Assembly: GCA_045837725.1 (NCBI GenBank)
Contig: JBEWZL010000132.1
Coordinates: forward strand, 248,001-306,436
Source: Vermamoeba vermiformis
Taxonomy: Eukaryota
Direction: 5' to 3'
Length of the DNA stretch: 58,436 nt
How positions within the stretch are numbered: position 1 is the first letter of the stretch; the number at the start of each line of letters is the position of its first letter. A program made the translations under genes and the position numbers. Positions 56,766 to 58,436 of the stretch are shown here, piece after piece. The notes beneath the pieces were generated by a model, which saw nothing but the letters and a program-made list of their open reading frames with translations, was not told where the DNA came from and made no database searches.

Positions 56766-58228
56766 TTACAAGCAATTGGATAATACTATAGGTACTGATA
56801 ATACTAACAATACTCTGCTGAATTCTAGTCTGATATCTGCTAGTCGTTTGTTTCTTAGGTTGCCAAGTAGACTCAACCAGAAAAATTCAACGTAGAACAA
56901 AAAGCAGAAAAACAGGGTTTGAATTGGCCCATAGTAGAGTAGGGTCAAACATAATGTGCCCAGTAGCCAACGGAACACTTTCTCGTTTAATCGATTCAGT
57001 TTGGCCTTGTGGAAGACAAATCCGCTGAAAATCATTGCTCCTACCACTCCAAGGGGTTTGACCAAGTCTCTGATGCTAAATGATGATAAATAGACCACAA
57101 CATTGAGTGCCATTCTAATCATTATGGCAGATGAGGCCATATAATTTGATTCGATGACGCTAGGCAGCAGATTCAGAAGTATTCGCAGGTCAGCCGAAAA
57201 AGGCCCAGGTGATGCGTTCCATAATAGTGACCGAAATTCTAAGAAAGATTTTGCGCCGAATAAAGTGCTGAATGAGCCAAGGACGTTGCCCTGATAGAGA
57301 AAAGTGTCTATAAACGGCAAGTACGATAGCAAGAACTGACCACAATAAACAAATCCATTAGTATAATATTATATATATATATAATTATATAATTATATAT
57401 TAATATGAATTGCTTACCGAGAGCCAGCTAAAAACTCCAGAGATCCTTCGTGCGTTAACGTCATCCATCATAAGACCATTATTATTCTTCTTTTTAGCCA
57501 TTACTATCGCAAATATCCATTTCGGGCATATTAATATCGTCTTAATCAATCGCCAAAGTGATTCAGTCGGTCTGAAAAAGTCGTGATCCAACCAAGGTAC
57601 GTAAAGGTTTTGGTTTCTATAAGCCACTAACTCCGGATTAATAGCCACTCTCTCTCTGTATCTTAAATTGCGTGGATCTGAGCGTTTTGTTATGAAGAAA
57701 TAAGCCAGTTTTGGCGAGAAAACTTTGTCAGCGCCAAGTAAATCCGTTTCGTACTTTTGATGCCAAGCTGGATCTCGGTGAAAATCGGTGTGGAAATTAT
57801 TCGGAGGTATATTATCATGATAGCGCTGCAACAGTTCTTTGAGCCAATAAGGACTGTTGGAAATTCGATTGTAAAATTGCTTGCATATCAGCGACACCTC
57901 AAGCAGCTCTTTCTCCGTTGACGATGTCATAATAAGAGCCATAATTTCATTTTGTATATCTTGAGGCAGCGCCAGCAAACTTGGATCGCCAGATCTGATT
58001 TTAACAATTAAAAATAATTTGCTTTAATTTTTAACGGTTGAAAATACCTATAAGTATCTTTCTAATGATGAAATCGATCACAGTATATAATAATTACCTT
58101 GTATTTATTTGTTTAAGCCGATAAGCGTTCTTGATTTTTCTTGCAGCAAATCTGACCAAAGTGTAACTTCCAACGAGGACCCACGCACTCATAGTGAGCG
58201 GCAATCTATTCCACAATGTACCGAACAT
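56766..58228 (-). CDS. F-box protein with C-terminal multi-pass hydrophobic region
   Basis: F-box-like LLALPQDIQNEIMALI..KELLEVSLICKQFY..W. Exon 1 (MFGTLWNRL...) splices in frame; the last exon has several hydrophobic helices. Confidence 0.6.
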
Positions 58229-58436
58229 TATTTTAGCGATAAACTTGGTTGTAGTGCAGAGACAATTAGAGCAAAGGATCTGATACTGTACGCTCTTCTT
58301 ATTTATCTACGGTAGTAAAATATTATATACTTGTTATTGTTCATTTATAGCCCAGGAAAATAACCTGTCCGAATATTTCGCGCTTTAGAACCCACTGGCT
58401 TGAAATTTCACGTGATTTGCCAAAAATAGTATGGAA

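Overview
Gene-dense, intron-rich eukaryotic nuclear DNA with short AT-rich GT-AG introns. The gene set (actin-fragmin kinase, mitochondrial HslU, an amoebal TKL-type kinase) suggests a free-living amoeboid protist, probably amoebozoan; this is an inference. I reconstructed about 25 spliced protein genes by eye, mostly housekeeping: RPC11, POLE3/DPB4, YTM1/WDR12, USP35/38-like, S6K-like, DBP4/DDX10, FKBP2, transketolase, ARF, HslU, TRIC, OXR1-like, ABCC, XPD and SRD5A. The standout region is 22.6-29.6 kb. It holds a membrane-anchored SIR2_2 (bacterial defence-type sirtuin) gene with macro-like and ubiquitin-like segments, head-to-head with a nucleoside 2-deoxyribosyltransferase-like gene, followed by a 5'-nucleotidase. 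Intron 2 of the SIR2 gene contains, in sense orientation, a circularly permuted tRNA (3' part before 5' part, anticodon CUC). The tRNA sits in a larger end-paired, oligo-U-terminated structured RNA that resembles Y RNA/YrlA. Other oddities are a Bfr1-like/coiled-coil/eEF1B fusion gene, a bacterial-type transketolase with introns, a 12-bp palindrome enriched in introns, and a 5'-truncated kinase beside hairpin repeats. All family calls come from motif recognition; no database search was run.
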